Assembly: GCA_019244185.1 (NCBI GenBank)
Contig: JAFATB010000025.1
Coordinates: forward strand, 160,001-224,000
Source: Acidobacteriota bacterium
GTDB lineage: Bacteria; Acidobacteriota; Thermoanaerobaculia; Gp7-AA8
Reading direction: 5' to 3'
DNA: 64,000 nt
Each line of letters opens with the position of its first letter. The first letter of the stretch is position 1. The translations under genes were made by a program, and so were the position numbers. Shown here one piece after another: positions 38,049 through 47,022 of the stretch. A model generated the notes under the pieces. That model had not been told where the DNA came from and searched no databases. It worked only from the letters and a program-made list of their open reading frames with translations.

Positions 38049-39572
38049 GTGCTTCCCGAGGACGAGACTCCCGACCCGAACACCCCCACGAACGCGGCCA
38101 CCAGCGACGTCGGACGCCAGACCTTTCGCGCGGCGGCGTGGGGCTTCGTCGCCGCGGCCGGCAAGCGCGTGTTCACGCTCGTCGGACTGATGCTCCTCGC
38201 GCGCGTGCTCGAGCCGCACGAGTTCGGCGTCATCGGCTTCGCGATGCTCTACCTGACGATGGTCGAAGTGGTCGGCGACCTCGGCACCGGCGAGGCGCTC
38301 GTCTACTGGCCGGAACGACGCGACGACGCAACGCAGGTCACGTTCCTCGTCAACGTCGCTGCCGGCATCTTCTGGTCGCTCACGTCGCTCCTCGTCGCGC
38401 CGCTCGTCGCCGGTTTCTTTCACGAACCGAACGGCGCGATCGTGCTGCGCGTCCTCTCCGTCACGACGCTCATCAAGTTCCTCGGCAACACGCACGACGC
38501 GCTGGCGAAGAAGGACCTTCGCTTCCGCTCGCGCACCGGACCCGAGCTCGCGCTCACCGCCATCAAGTCCGCCGTCGCGCTCGTCCTCGCCTACCTCGGC
38601 TTCGGCGCGTGGAGTCTCGTGTGGGGCCACATCGCCGGCATCGCCGCCTGGACAATCCTGCTCTGGTTCATCATCCCGTGGCGTCCGTCGCTGCGCGTGC
38701 CGACGGACCTCCTCGCGCCGATGCTCCGTTACGGCCGCGGCATTCTCGCCGTCGAGCTGCTGGCCGCCTTCATGTTCTACGTCGACGTCGTCGGCGTCGG
38801 CCGCTACCTCGGCGTGACCGCGCTCGCGCTGTATCAGATGGCCTCGCGCATCCCCGACTCGAGCATCATGGTGCTGATCTGGGTCGCCGCGAGCGCGCTC
38901 TTCCCCGCGTTCGCGAAACTGCACGCCGAAGGCGCCGACATTCAGCGCGCGTACCTCGTCGCCACGCGCTGCATGGCCGCGATGACGCTCCCCGCGTGCC
39001 TCGGCCTCGCGTTCCTCGCGCGTCCGGTGATCCTCGTCTTCTTCGGCTCGCACTGGGCCGCGGCCGCGCCGATCCTTTCGATTCTCTCGATCTACGTCGG
39101 CTTCCGCGGCCTCGACGAAGTCGGCAACGTGCTCAAGGCGACGGGCCGCGTGCAGACGCTCGTCTGGCTGACGGTGGCGAAAGCGATCGCGCTCGTTCCC
39201 GCGATCCTCATCAGCGCGCGCATCAGCGCCCCCGCCGTCGCCGCCGCGCTGGCGATCGTCTACGGCGCCGGCACGCTGGTCACGACGGTGATCGCCGCGC
39301 GCGTCATTCACGTGCCGATCGGCGCGATCGCGCTCGCCTACGCGCGCAGCGCGGAGGCGGCGGCCGCGATGAGCCTCGCGCTGTACGGATGGATGCGCGT
39401 CTGCGGCCGCTTCGACGAGCTCGTGCAGCTCGCCGGAGGACTCCTGATCGGCGCCGCGGTTTATCTCGTCGCGCTGCGCCTCACCGACCCGGAGATTTTC
39501 GAGTGGCTGCGCAACGTGCTCAGGTCGAAGCGTAGCGCCGCGTCAGATGCTCTCGCAGCGACGCAATCATGA
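38049..39572 (+). CDS. Wzx/PST-family polysaccharide flippase
   Basis: LARVLEPHEFG, GFGAWSLVWG, LALYQMA and LFPAFAK, with many TMs. Start uncertain. Confidence 0.85.
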   Translation: MLPEDETPDPNTPTNAATSDVGRQTFRAAAWGFVAAAGKRVFTLVGLMLLARVLEPHEFGVIGFAMLYLTMVEVVGDLGTGEALVYWPERRDDATQVTFLVNVAAGIFWSLTSLLVAPLVAGFFHEPNGAIVLRVLSVTTLIKFLGNTHDALAKKDLRFRSRTGPELALTAIKSAVALVLAYLGFGAWSLVWGHIAGIAAWTILLWFIIPWRPSLRVPTDLLAPMLRYGRGILAVELLAAFMFYVDVVGVGRYLGVTALALYQMASRIPDSSIMVLIWVAASALFPAFAKLHAEGADIQRAYLVATRCMAAMTLPACLGLAFLARPVILVFFGSHWAAAAPILSILSIYVGFRGLDEVGNVLKATGRVQTLVWLTVAKAIALVPAILISARISAPAVAAALAIVYGAGTLVTTVIAARVIHVPIGAIALAYARSAEAAAAMSLALYGWMRVCGRFDELVQLAGGLLIGAAVYLVALRLTDPEIFEWLRNVLRSKRSAASDALAATQS

Positions 39573-41127
39573 CCTCGCGCGTCGCCTTCGACTCGAACGT
39601 ATGCGTCGCGTTCGCGATGCGCCACAACGCGATGCGGCCTTCCTTGCGCAGCGCGCGCACGGTCGGGCCGGCGCCGAGCATGAGCAGTTCGTAGCCGGGG
39701 TCGAATTGGGAGAAGACGAAGGTGAGCTGGCGGCCGGCGCCGACGATCGCGCGGAGGTTGCGCTCGATCGTGGGATCGCCTTTCTTCGGCTTTGCGAGGA
39801 GGCGCGCGCGGTCGATGACGGTGCGCACGATCGTCGACAGCGGCGTCTCGCGGCGGAAGAGGCGCTTCCAGCCGGCCAGCGTGCGCATCGAGCGGAGATA
39901 GCGCTGCCATTCGGAGTAGCTCGTCGTCGGTTGATCGAGCGACATGCCGCGCTGGTAGTCGAACGTCAGCGGGTTGATGACGATGCTCTCGACGATCGGC
40001 GCGCTCGCGAGTCCCGCGGCGGCGTGAAACGACGCGTGCGCGCCGGAGCAGACGCCGGCGAGGACGACGCGCGGCGCGTGCAGTCGCGCGACGACATCGG
40101 CGAGGACGTCGCTCGATTCCGGCAGGTACGGATCGTTTTCGCGCGCAACGTCGTCGATCACGCTGTCGCCGAGTCCCGGCAGATCGAAGCGCAGCGTGCG
40201 GAAGCCGGCCTGCGCGAGCGCGCGCGCGACGTGGACGTACAAGCGATTCGGTCCGACGTGATGCGTCGAGCCGGCGTTGACGAGCAGGATGGCCGGCGCG
40301 TCTGACTTGCGCGACGACGGCTCGCTCGCGATGCCGAAGATGCCGTCGAAACGTACGAACGATTCGCGCGCATCGCCGAAGGTCGCGGTCTCGCGCAACG
40401 CGCCGATTGGTTGCGCGCACTGCATCGCGTCGCCGCTCCACGCGATCAGCTGATCGACCGTGCGCGCGATCGCGTCATGCGGGACGACGGCGGAGTGCGG
40501 CGGCAGGAACATCTCGTCGAACCGTTCGCCGAGCGTCAGCACGCGTGTCGTGCGCGGCGCGCCGGGACTCAACGCGCCGAGGTCGCGCTGCGTCTCCTCG
40601 GTCACGACGAAGCCGCCCGGCTCGATCGAGCCGTCGGTCGACACGGCGTCGCGGTTGATGCCGGTGAGATGCAGCGCCTTCAGCTCGCGCGCGTACGCAC
40701 GGCCGCGCACCGGCGCCCACTGCACGAGGCAGTCGACGTCGTCGCGTTCGGCGGCGACGGCGGCGGCGAGGGTCGCGCCGAGGCGGATGCCGAGGAGGCC
40801 GATGCGCGGAGCGTGCGCGAGCGCGCGCAGCGTCGTCATCGCCGTGCCGATCGACGCGCTCCACGCGGCGACGCGCGCGGGATCTTCGTCGTCGCCGGCG
40901 GAGTCGCCGGTGCCGTCGTAGTCGAAGCGCAGCGCGGGAATGCCCGCGCGCGCGAGCGCGTCGGCGAGATGCCGCTCGGATCGATGACTGTTGACGTACT
41001 CGTGGCCGAGCGGCGGACAGATCACGATCGCGAGCTCGCGCTGCCGGCCGTCCGCCGGCGCGTGATACCACCCGAAGAGCGCGCGCGCATCGGGGCCAAA
41101 GTACAGCGGCGTGCGCGTGACGTTCAT
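39520..41127 (-). CDS. two-domain alpha/beta hydrolase-fold protein
   Basis: Two RFD..G.GDS motifs. Elbows are GIRLG and GVCSG. Confidence 0.8.
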   Translation of the reverse strand: MNVTRTPLYFGPDARALFGWYHAPADGRQRELAIVICPPLGHEYVNSHRSERHLADALARAGIPALRFDYDGTGDSAGDDEDPARVAAWSASIGTAMTTLRALAHAPRIGLLGIRLGATLAAAVAAERDDVDCLVQWAPVRGRAYARELKALHLTGINRDAVSTDGSIEPGGFVVTEETQRDLGALSPGAPRTTRVLTLGERFDEMFLPPHSAVVPHDAIARTVDQLIAWSGDAMQCAQPIGALRETATFGDARESFVRFDGIFGIASEPSSRKSDAPAILLVNAGSTHHVGPNRLYVHVARALAQAGFRTLRFDLPGLGDSVIDDVARENDPYLPESSDVLADVVARLHAPRVVLAGVCSGAHASFHAAAGLASAPIVESIVINPLTFDYQRGMSLDQPTTSYSEWQRYLRSMRTLAGWKRLFRRETPLSTIVRTVIDRARLLAKPKKGDPTIERNLRAIVGAGRQLTFVFSQFDPGYELLMLGAGPTVRALRKEGRIALWRIANATHTFESKATREVMIASLREHLTRRYAST

Positions 41128-43487
41128 GTGCGCACCGCAACCTTCACCGCGTCGGCGAGGTTCAGCGCCTCGAGGTAGCCATCGAATGCCGCGTTGCCGC
41201 GCAGACGAATCGTCTTCGCGCGGCCGGGCGCGACGTGCACATAGTCGTCGTCCATGGCGAAGCCGCGCGCGTCGATATGCGCGGCGTGGAGAAAGCGATC
41301 GCTCTGCAGCGTGACGAGCCAGTCGTCGCCGTCGCGTGCCGCTTCGGTGATGACGTTCGCGTTCGTCGCGTGCAGCGTTGGTGGCTGGGGAAAGTGAAAC
41401 GCCTCCGCGATCGCGATGTCGTCGACGAGCAGCGTGGCGATGGTGACGTCGTGCTGCGGCGCGCCGAAGCGATACGCGTAGCTCGTGTCGTGGAAGCCGC
41501 CGAGGAGCGCTTCGGCGGAGAACGACTGCGCGCTGCGAGGCGGGAGCGTGATGGGCGTCGACGCGCGTGCGACGACGACGTGGCCGTCGCGCAGCAGCGT
41601 GAGCTCGAGCGTCGCGTCGAGCGGCTCGGACGTTTCGTTGAGCGCGTGCGCGTAGATGCCGTTGAGACCTTCATCCGTCAGCACGATCGTGCGCGGCTGC
41701 CAGACGCGGCGCAGCGCGTAGTAGCACGCCTTCGGCGCGCCGCGGCTGTCGAGGATGCCCCAGCCGGCACCGGGCCAGAGATCGCGGAGGAACCACACGA
41801 GCGCGCCGCGGCACGTGCTGCCCGCGCGGCGCCATTCGGAGTACACCTGCGCCATCACCTCGCCGGTGACGACACGGCTCAGCGCGAGGTAGCGCGGCGC
41901 GTCGGCGTAGCGCAGCGCGTGCGGATCGACGCAGTAGTGCGCGCGCAGGTAGTGATCGCGCACGTCTTCGAAGTCCCAACCCGCGCCGCTGTCGCGCGGC
42001 GTGCGGCGTTTCCAGCGCGCGTCGAGCGGCGCGGGCGTCTCGCCGCCGAAGATTGCATCGACGACGTCACGCTCGGGAACGTTCGCGAAGCCGAGGCATT
42101 CCGGCGTGAAGCGCACGTCCGCGAGACGCACGTCGGACAAAGGCCGCAGGTATGCGCCGACGCCGTAGTAGTGCGCGAGTCCCGTGTTCGTCTGGAACGG
42201 CAGCACGCCTTCGCTGGGCGTCGACGGCACGTACACGGAGTCGTCGTGCAGTTCGGCGCAAAGCGCCGGCAGGACGTCGCCGAACAAGCGATTGCGCCAC
42301 GACTCGCGCGGCATGCCGAGCATCGCCGCCTGCTGTTCGACCTCGCTGTTGCCGCACCAGACGACGACCGACGGATGCGCGCGCAGACGGCGCAACTGCT
42401 GCGCGGCTTCGTCGCGGACGTTGGCGACGAACGTTTCGTCGTCCGCCGGATAGTCGAGATTCGCGAACGCGAAGTCCTGCCAGACGAGGATCCCGAGCTC
42501 GTCGCAGAGCGCGTAGAAAACGTCGTCCTCGTACGGCATCGTGCCGCCGACGCGGATCATGTTCGCGCCGGCGTCGCGCATCAGCGTCAGCGTCCGCGCG
42601 TAGTCGTCGCGCGTCGCGTTGAGCGACACGACATCGAGCGGCGTCCAGCACGCGCCGCGGCAGAAGAGCGGCTCGCCGTTGATGCGCAGGCCGAAGTCGC
42701 CGTCGCGTTCGACGCCGCGAAACCCCACGCTGCCGCAGTCGATCGTGCGGCCGTCGCGCAGCTCGAGGCGGCACGCGTAGAGCGCGGGCTCGCCGTGCGT
42801 GTGCGGCCACCAGAGGCGCGGCGCATCGATGCGCAGTGTCGCCGTGACGCGCTCACCGTCGACGTGCAGTTCCGCGCGCGCATCGCCGGCGACGAACGTC
42901 CCGCGCGCGTCGCCGGCGATCGAACACGACAGCGCGATCGTGCCGTCGACGCTCGTGCGCAGCTCGAGATCCCAGACGTCCGTCACTTCGATTGCGCGCC
43001 ACGGACCGACCGCGGGCACGGGCGGCGTCCAGCCGGGGATGCGTCCCATGAGCGTCGTGCGAACCCAGCGCAGTTGCTGCTGGCGCACGAGCTTCGTCTT
43101 CCAGCGCGGGCGCGGGCGCTTTTTCGCGAGCGCCGCGTTCAGCGAGCGGAAGCAGATCGCGAGCTCGTGCGGCGCGCGTTCGCGCTCGCGCAGATCGACG
43201 CGATGCCGCACGAACATGTTCTCCGACTGCACGACGCGCTCGCCGTCGAGCCACACCTCCGCGAGCGTCGCCAGGCCGTGCAGCACGAGCACCGCGCCGG
43301 CGTCGTCGAACGTCGTCCGATACCACCAGTCGCGGTCGTCGGGATCGAACGGCGGCTCGTAGCCGGTGTCGAGCGCTTGCGCGACCGTGCCGGGGACGCG
43401 CGCGTCGCGCCAGTCCAGCGAGAGCGCGTCGAGTTGTCGCGGATCGCACGCCGCGTTCGGCTCGGCCGGCGCCAGCGACCACCGCAT
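41124..43487 (-). CDS. GH2 beta-mannosidase-like glycoside hydrolase
   Basis: GLATLA, NMF, LWWPH, NMIRVGG, LCDELGILVWQDF, HPSVVVWCGNSE and HYYG. Confidence 0.88.
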   Translation of the reverse strand: MRWSLAPAEPNAACDPRQLDALSLDWRDARVPGTVAQALDTGYEPPFDPDDRDWWYRTTFDDAGAVLVLHGLATLAEVWLDGERVVQSENMFVRHRVDLRERERAPHELAICFRSLNAALAKKRPRPRWKTKLVRQQQLRWVRTTLMGRIPGWTPPVPAVGPWRAIEVTDVWDLELRTSVDGTIALSCSIAGDARGTFVAGDARAELHVDGERVTATLRIDAPRLWWPHTHGEPALYACRLELRDGRTIDCGSVGFRGVERDGDFGLRINGEPLFCRGACWTPLDVVSLNATRDDYARTLTLMRDAGANMIRVGGTMPYEDDVFYALCDELGILVWQDFAFANLDYPADDETFVANVRDEAAQQLRRLRAHPSVVVWCGNSEVEQQAAMLGMPRESWRNRLFGDVLPALCAELHDDSVYVPSTPSEGVLPFQTNTGLAHYYGVGAYLRPLSDVRLADVRFTPECLGFANVPERDVVDAIFGGETPAPLDARWKRRTPRDSGAGWDFEDVRDHYLRAHYCVDPHALRYADAPRYLALSRVVTGEVMAQVYSEWRRAGSTCRGALVWFLRDLWPGAGWGILDSRGAPKACYYALRRVWQPRTIVLTDEGLNGIYAHALNETSEPLDATLELTLLRDGHVVVARASTPITLPPRSAQSFSAEALLGGFHDTSYAYRFGAPQHDVTIATLLVDDIAIAEAFHFPQPPTLHATNANVITEAARDGDDWLVTLQSDRFLHAAHIDARGFAMDDDYVHVAPGRAKTIRLRGNAAFDGYLEALNLADAVKVAVRT

Positions 43488-44450
43488 TTACGCGAACCTC
43501 GATCGCAGCGCGCCGATCCCCTGCTCCCACCGCTCGCCCATCGCATCGAGCGGCGCGAGCTCGAGCGGCTTGCGCCGCGCCATCGCCCGCGCGAGCTGGA
43601 ACTGAAACGTCTTGGCCGACTCCGCGATGTCGAGAAACGCGCGCGTCGCCTCATCGAGCTCCGCCTCGCCGTTCGCGGCGAGCCACTGCAGGTACGTCGC
43701 GGAGAGCTCGAAGCACGCGCCGTACTGCCGCAGCGTCGCGAACGAGTACGCGTGAAACGTGTCGAGGCTCTCGTCGAGCAGATGTTCCAGATCGCGTTCG
43801 AAGCGCGCGCGGAACGCCGCGAACGGATTCGCGCGCGGCACGAGGCGCAGGTGTTTGCGCAACAACGCCCGCGACGTTGCGACGAGGTCGCGTTCCGGCC
43901 GCTCGCGCACTTTCACGAACTCCGCGTATGGCGGCAGCACCACGTCGTCGCGCGGGCGGTCGAGGCGCAGCACGTTGACGAAGTCGTCGCCTTCGAGCCG
44001 GTAGTAGCCCTGATTGTGAAAGTAGCCGAGGATGCGCTGCGCGACGTCGATCTCCATCACCGCGACCGTCGACTTCACGTGCGCGGTGCGGTACGCGGTG
44101 CCGGCGGTGTCGGGGAGATGAAAGGAGTCGAGCTCGATGAGCACGGGACGTCCGCGTCCGACCTGCTCCTCGAGGTGCGCGACCGCGGGACGCCACAGCG
44201 CGAGCTCCTGCACGTCGAGTCCGTAGAGCTCGTAGAGATCGAGCAGCGGGAACTTGAAGAACGTCCACTGATCGCCTTCGAAGTCGATGGCGAACGTAAA
44301 CGGCAGCGCCGCGATCGGCTCGTGTCCGAGCGCGTGCAGCAATTCGATCCAAACGTCGACGTAGCAGTTCGTCTCCGCCCAGATGCGATCGCCGCCGTGA
44401 ATGGCGTGGCGCTGGTACGTCGCCGGATCGAGCGGCAGGACCTGCTTCAT
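43488..44450 (-). CDS. DUF1839-family protein
   Basis: ETNCYVDVWIELL, DFEGDQWTFFKFP, LPDTAGT and GYFHNQGY. Usual neighbour of aa:CP ligases. Confidence 0.8.
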   Translation of the reverse strand: MKQVLPLDPATYQRHAIHGGDRIWAETNCYVDVWIELLHALGHEPIAALPFTFAIDFEGDQWTFFKFPLLDLYELYGLDVQELALWRPAVAHLEEQVGRGRPVLIELDSFHLPDTAGTAYRTAHVKSTVAVMEIDVAQRILGYFHNQGYYRLEGDDFVNVLRLDRPRDDVVLPPYAEFVKVRERPERDLVATSRALLRKHLRLVPRANPFAAFRARFERDLEHLLDESLDTFHAYSFATLRQYGACFELSATYLQWLAANGEAELDEATRAFLDIAESAKTFQFQLARAMARRKPLELAPLDAMGERWEQGIGALRSRFA

Positions 44451-45367
44451 AGCTCCAGCACCGCGCGCACCGGCGCCGGCCAGCGCGCCGGCTCGAAGCC
44501 GTGCCGCGCGAAGAGCGCCAGCGCGATGCGCTCGAGGCCGAAGCCGATGCAGGCCGTATGCGCGACCTCGCCGTCCGCGGTGCGGATGTCGAAGGCGCCG
44601 CCGAAGTGATCGAGGTGGTAGTTGCAGGAGACGATCGCGGTCGGCTTGTCGGGATTGGCGACGGTGGCGACGAGCTCGTACTTGAGCGTCTGCTCGCGCT
44701 GCGTCGCGGCCATCACCCGTCCGCCGCGGCCGAAAAACGGATCGTTCGCGACGACCGGCTTCGCGTCGAGGCCGACCGCGTGCAGCATCTCCTCGCCGCG
44801 CGTGAGCCAGAAGTTGCGGTGCGCGAGCGCCTCGTCCGGCGTGCCGAGGCGGACGTACTCGCGCTGTCGGAAACACTGCATGCGCGCGGGATCGTCGGAG
44901 GGTTCGTGCCGGAAGACGAACGACCGCAGATCGACGGTGCGCCCGCCCGGCGGCAACGTGCCGGTCGCCGTCGGGTAGAGCGGATAGCACGCGGCGGGGA
45001 TGAGCACCGTTTCCGCCGCCCGTAACTCTTTGCTCCAATCCTCCCCTGCTTCTTTCCGCCGGGCCAGCTCCATGGCGTGCCGTTCATCCCCCAAAAACGA
45101 ATGCACGGAGCCGAGGAGGTTCGGGAACGTCTCGAGGTGATCGGTCTTGCCGTACGTGTCGCGGCTGAGCAGCGGCGGGAAGCGCATGACTTCCGGCGAC
45201 AGATGCGCGCCCATGCGCGTGACGTATGCCTCGAAGTGTTCGACGACGCCTTCGAAGACGCCGCCCAACCCGTAGAGGCCGCGCACGCCGGAGGGAATCA
45301 GCAGCCGCGCGTCGATGAGGGCCGAGAGATAGCGCTGGTACACGTCGTCGAGCGCATCGGCCGCCAT
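44447..45367 (-). CDS. amino acid--[acyl-carrier-protein] ligase (atypical SerRS homolog)
   Basis: PAACYPLYP, FRHEPS, RMQCFRQREYV, NDPFFGRGG, SCNYH and HTACIGFGLER. No tRNA-binding domain. Confidence 0.9.
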   Translation of the reverse strand: MAADALDDVYQRYLSALIDARLLIPSGVRGLYGLGGVFEGVVEHFEAYVTRMGAHLSPEVMRFPPLLSRDTYGKTDHLETFPNLLGSVHSFLGDERHAMELARRKEAGEDWSKELRAAETVLIPAACYPLYPTATGTLPPGGRTVDLRSFVFRHEPSDDPARMQCFRQREYVRLGTPDEALAHRNFWLTRGEEMLHAVGLDAKPVVANDPFFGRGGRVMAATQREQTLKYELVATVANPDKPTAIVSCNYHLDHFGGAFDIRTADGEVAHTACIGFGLERIALALFARHGFEPARWPAPVRAVLEL

Positions 45368-45369
45368 CG

Positions 45370-46560
45370 TCAGGCCTCCTTCAGCGCCAGCAGCATCGTC
45401 GCGTTGTGCGCGAGGATGCGGTCGTTGTTCACCATCAGCGCCGCGCCGTACGCGTCGCGCAGGTGCCGGCCGAGGGTGAACTTCGAGTCGTTGCGGTAGC
45501 CGTGCAGGCCGCAGATCAGCATCGCCTTGCCGACGATGTCGACGACGAGCTGCGACGACGAGAGCTTGAGGTTGTTGATGCGCGTGGCGAAGCCGAAGCT
45601 CTTGAAGGCGTCGGCGTCGTCCGCCTCCAGCAGCCGCGCGTATTCGGCGACCGCGCTCTGCACGTTGTTGCGCATGCCGTTGAGCACGATGTCGACTTCG
45701 CCGAGGCGCAGACTCGACATCGGCGGCAGCTGCGGGTTCTTGCGAGCTTCTCCGCGGACGAACGCGCGCGCGCGGCCCACCGCATCCGCGGCGATGCCGA
45801 GCCACAGCGACGACCAGACGATGTGCGAGACGGGATGCATGGTCTGGCTGAGAATCGCGTCGAACGGCGTCGGGATGATCTGCTCGGCCGCGCCTTCGGA
45901 GCTGAGCGTGTAGCCGGAGCTGCACGTGCCGCGGAAGCCGAGCGTGTCCCACGCCGAGAGCGCCTCGAGCTGCGTTTCGCCGCGACGCACGAGCACGTGG
46001 ACTTGATCGCTGGATGCGGCGTCCGGCGTGCGGCGGCTGGTCACGAGAATCGCATCCGCTTGTTCGCCGTACGAAATGACCGGCGCTTTCTTGACGAGGC
46101 GGAAGCGGTCGCCGTCGACTTCGATCGCGCAGATGCTCGAGCGCAGATCGCCGCCGACGCCGAGCTCGGTCGTCGCGGACGCGATGAGCAGCTGCTGATC
46201 GACGAGCTCGCGCAGGTAATGTTCGAAGAAGCGCGAGCCGCGCGCGTGATGCACGATGCACGCGACCTGAATCTGGTGCATCGCGAAGATCATCGCCGTC
46301 GACGCGCAGTAGTGCCCGAGCGCCTCGCACACCTTGCTGATGTCCGCGATCGACAGTCCGAGTCCGCCATACGCCTCGGGCACATACGCGCTGAGCAGTT
46401 GCAGCTCGCGCAACGCGGCGATCGATTCGTGCGGAAACCGCGCGGCGTCGTCCACCGCGTCCGCCGCCGGCGCGATGACTTCCCTTCCGACCCGATGCAC
46501 CTCGGACAGCAGCGCGCCGAACTCGGGGGCCACAGCCGTGCGCGGCCGCAAGCTCGCCAT
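45370..46560 (-). CDS. acyl-CoA/acyl-ACP dehydrogenase
   Basis: VPEAYGGLG, AMHQIQ, ASATTE, WDTLGFRGT and RHLRD. Confidence 0.88.
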   Translation of the reverse strand: MASLRPRTAVAPEFGALLSEVHRVGREVIAPAADAVDDAARFPHESIAALRELQLLSAYVPEAYGGLGLSIADISKVCEALGHYCASTAMIFAMHQIQVACIVHHARGSRFFEHYLRELVDQQLLIASATTELGVGGDLRSSICAIEVDGDRFRLVKKAPVISYGEQADAILVTSRRTPDAASSDQVHVLVRRGETQLEALSAWDTLGFRGTCSSGYTLSSEGAAEQIIPTPFDAILSQTMHPVSHIVWSSLWLGIAADAVGRARAFVRGEARKNPQLPPMSSLRLGEVDIVLNGMRNNVQSAVAEYARLLEADDADAFKSFGFATRINNLKLSSSQLVVDIVGKAMLICGLHGYRNDSKFTLGRHLRDAYGAALMVNNDRILAHNATMLLALKEA

Positions 46561-46562
46561 CG

Positions 46563-46817
46563 TCAGACCAGCACGGGCTTCGCGGCGAGCTGTTCGACCG
46601 CGGCGGCGAGCGATGCGATGCTGCCGAACGTGCGGCGGCTGAGCATGTTGTCGGGAAACTCGATGTCGAACCCGTCCTCCAGCGCCAGCATCAATCCGAC
46701 CGTCGCCAGCGACGTGAGCCCCGCCTGATACAGATCGCTGTCATCGGCCAGCTCCGCCACCGGCACGGAGAGACGACCGTGCTGCGAGACGATCTCGCGA
46801 ACTCTCTCGGCGTACAT
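46563..46817 (-). CDS. acyl/aminoacyl carrier protein
   Basis: DLYQAGLTSL (Ppant Ser), LEDGFDIEFPD. GGAGG RBS. Confidence 0.9.
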   Translation of the reverse strand: MYAERVREIVSQHGRLSVPVAELADDSDLYQAGLTSLATVGLMLALEDGFDIEFPDNMLSRRTFGSIASLAAAVEQLAAKPVLV

Positions 46818-46893
46818 CCCACCTCCCTCTCAAGAATGCGAACGTACTGCGCTTTGGAAAGGAGGCGAGGGCAAGAGTTGTGCCGGGGAGATT

Positions 46894-47022
46894 GAAAAGC
46901 GAATGAAGAATGCAGAACGCAGAATGAAGAATGAAGAATTGTGGTGGGCCGCCGTTCGGCGGCCACGTCTCCCTCTTTCTTCATTCTGCGTTCTGCGTTC
47001 TGCGTTCTTCATTCATCTTTTC
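46894..47022. mobile_element. empty copy B of the heptamer palindromic element (MITE-like)
   Basis: GAAAAGC(GAATGAA GAATGCA GAACGCA GAATGAA GAATGAA)GAA, then a short spacer with its own GGCCGCCG-TT-CGGCGGCC hairpin, then the inverted arm. Confidence 0.7.

Noticed and set aside
41235-44609. Very long antisense or alternate-frame ORFs (also 19158-21581, 26055-28496, 2543-4681)
   Set aside because: These are Arg/Ala-rich shadow frames expected at this GC content, lying opposite well-supported genes.
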